DNA of 64,000 nucleotides, taken from positions 1 through 64,000 of the forward strand of contig CAVPNL010000013.1 of assembly GCA_963706575.1 (NCBI GenBank). The letters run 5' to 3'. The stretch's first letter is position 1. Each line of letters starts with the position of its first letter. The notes under the pieces were generated by a model, which saw only the letters and a list, made by a program, of their open reading frames with translations, did no database searches and had not been told where the DNA came from. This document shows positions 62,867-64,000 of the stretch, one piece after another. Source of the DNA: an uncultured delta proteobacterium (GTDB lineage: Bacteria; Desulfobacterota; Desulfobacteria; Desulfobacterales; JAHEIW01). A program made the position numbers and the translations under genes.

Positions 62867-63583
62867 ATGCCTGAAATCCGAATTGATCCTAAAATATTTG
62901 AGGATTATCCCTCTTTCCGGCGCGGGATTGTCATCGCCGGAAAAATGGATAATCAGGGTCACTCCAGCGAAATAGAGGACCTCCTGAACCGCTCAATCGC
63001 CCAGGCTGCCCAACAACCCATTGACCTTAAAGCTGACGCGCGCACAACGGTCTGGAGTGATGCGCACCACCGCTTTGGTTCAAATCCGAATAAATTCCCG
63101 CCGGCGCATTGTGCCCTATTAAAGCGTGTTCAAAAACCGGGTGCCGCAATACCGTTTATCAACAAAGTGGTGGCGATTATGAACATCAATTCGATTCAGG
63201 ATGTAACACCGGTGGGTGGAGATGACGTTGTTCGGGCCAATGGTAGCCTGGAACTGCGATATGCGGACGGCAGCGAGAACTTTACTCCGCTGGGCCGCCC
63301 CGATAGTAGCGAGCACCCCGTTGCCGGGGAAGTTATCTATCTGGTACCCGAATCAAACGAGGTGATGTGCCGGCGCTGGAACTGGCGTAATGGGCATCAC
63401 ACCCGTATTGCCGAAGATACCCGGTCAATCGTCATGAATATCGACAGCCTCGGAGAGGACAGTGAAAGACGGGCGATTGCGACCCGCGACCGGGTGGCAC
63501 AGATGCTTGAGGCCTACTGTCAGGCTAAAGTTGCCACAACACTGCTTGCTCCTGAAAAGCCGAGCTACTCATTTAATCTATAA
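62867..63583 (+). CDS. B3/B4 domain protein (PheRS beta editing-like)
   Basis: FGSNPNKFPP..ALLKR, IN..V...N and CRRWNWR. Confidence 0.88.
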   Translation: MPEIRIDPKIFEDYPSFRRGIVIAGKMDNQGHSSEIEDLLNRSIAQAAQQPIDLKADARTTVWSDAHHRFGSNPNKFPPAHCALLKRVQKPGAAIPFINKVVAIMNINSIQDVTPVGGDDVVRANGSLELRYADGSENFTPLGRPDSSEHPVAGEVIYLVPESNEVMCRRWNWRNGHHTRIAEDTRSIVMNIDSLGEDSERRAIATRDRVAQMLEAYCQAKVATTLLAPEKPSYSFNL

Positions 63584-63725
63584 TTTGCAGGCAGTTGGAT
63601 CAAGTTTTTAAAAGAAGTGCCGATATCATTAAGGAATGTTTGCCAGAAGATACCTGGCTCACGGCCTTGGCCATGGGAAGCCGAACATATAAAATTCAAA
63701 CTTTAGTATGCACGGTATATGAGTA

Positions 63726-64000
63726 ATGGATGATAACCCCGAAAATAGAATCAATGCTCGTATCAAGTACAAGTCGCCGGTGACGATCGAAAATTTAAAA
63801 GCCGGCATCATTTATCAGGCCAGAATGCTCAATTTCAGCAAGTATGGATTGTATTTTGAGGCCGACAGTTTGCTGGGTCTTGGCGATGAGGTTTTTATCG
63901 GTATTGAATATTCGCCATATGCTGATTCGCAGGATACTTACGAGTGTGTGCGGGCAAAAATCATGTGGCGCCGGGAATTGCCGACTTCCTTTTTTAAATA
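63726..64000 (+). CDS. PilZ domain protein, truncated by the window edge
   Basis: Manual translation MDDNPENRINARIKY...MLNFSKYGLYFE (RxxxR and NxSxxG). Confidence 0.8.
   Translation, partial: MDDNPENRINARIKYKSPVTIENLKAGIIYQARMLNFSKYGLYFEADSLLGLGDEVFIGIEYSPYADSQDTYECVRAKIMWRRELPTSFFK

Overview
A 64-kb chromosomal window from an anaerobic deltaproteobacterium (Desulfobacterales-like; inferred from gene content and repeat families). It probably comes from an unpolished long-read assembly, because about 15 single-base indels break 11 otherwise intact genes. Housekeeping genes are tkt, rpiA, acnA, icd, carB, ubiG, pal and tpx. Other content: a YbgA/SDR/chalcone-isomerase-like cluster with a relic class II photolyase; a PEP-utiliser operon with PNPOx-like proteins; PilZ and Arg-rich small proteins; an ArsS radical-SAM (seleno)protein cluster; a cysteine/cysteate lyase plus racemase; a CTERM-anchored surface protein; a PlsA/PlsR(Ger)-like operon; a lipoprotein operon; and a 7TM-PAS kinase with an NtrC-type regulator. 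The strongest unannotated signal is a three-member sigma-54 regulon. Three promoters share the same pair of TGCAA-N6-TTGCA-type boxes at near-identical spacing (85-86 bp between boxes, 204-207 bp from the second box to the -24/-12 element). This links the putative ether-lipid/plasmalogen operon, the lipoproteins and an orphan small-protein/HTH pair to the adjacent two-component system. Also seen: a hidden Sec codon with a SECIS-like hairpin, a peptide deformylase with a twin-arginine N-terminus, nested REP/MITE elements, two candidate RNA elements and several missed small ORFs. No rRNA, tRNA, CRISPR array, integrase or intact transposase was recognised.
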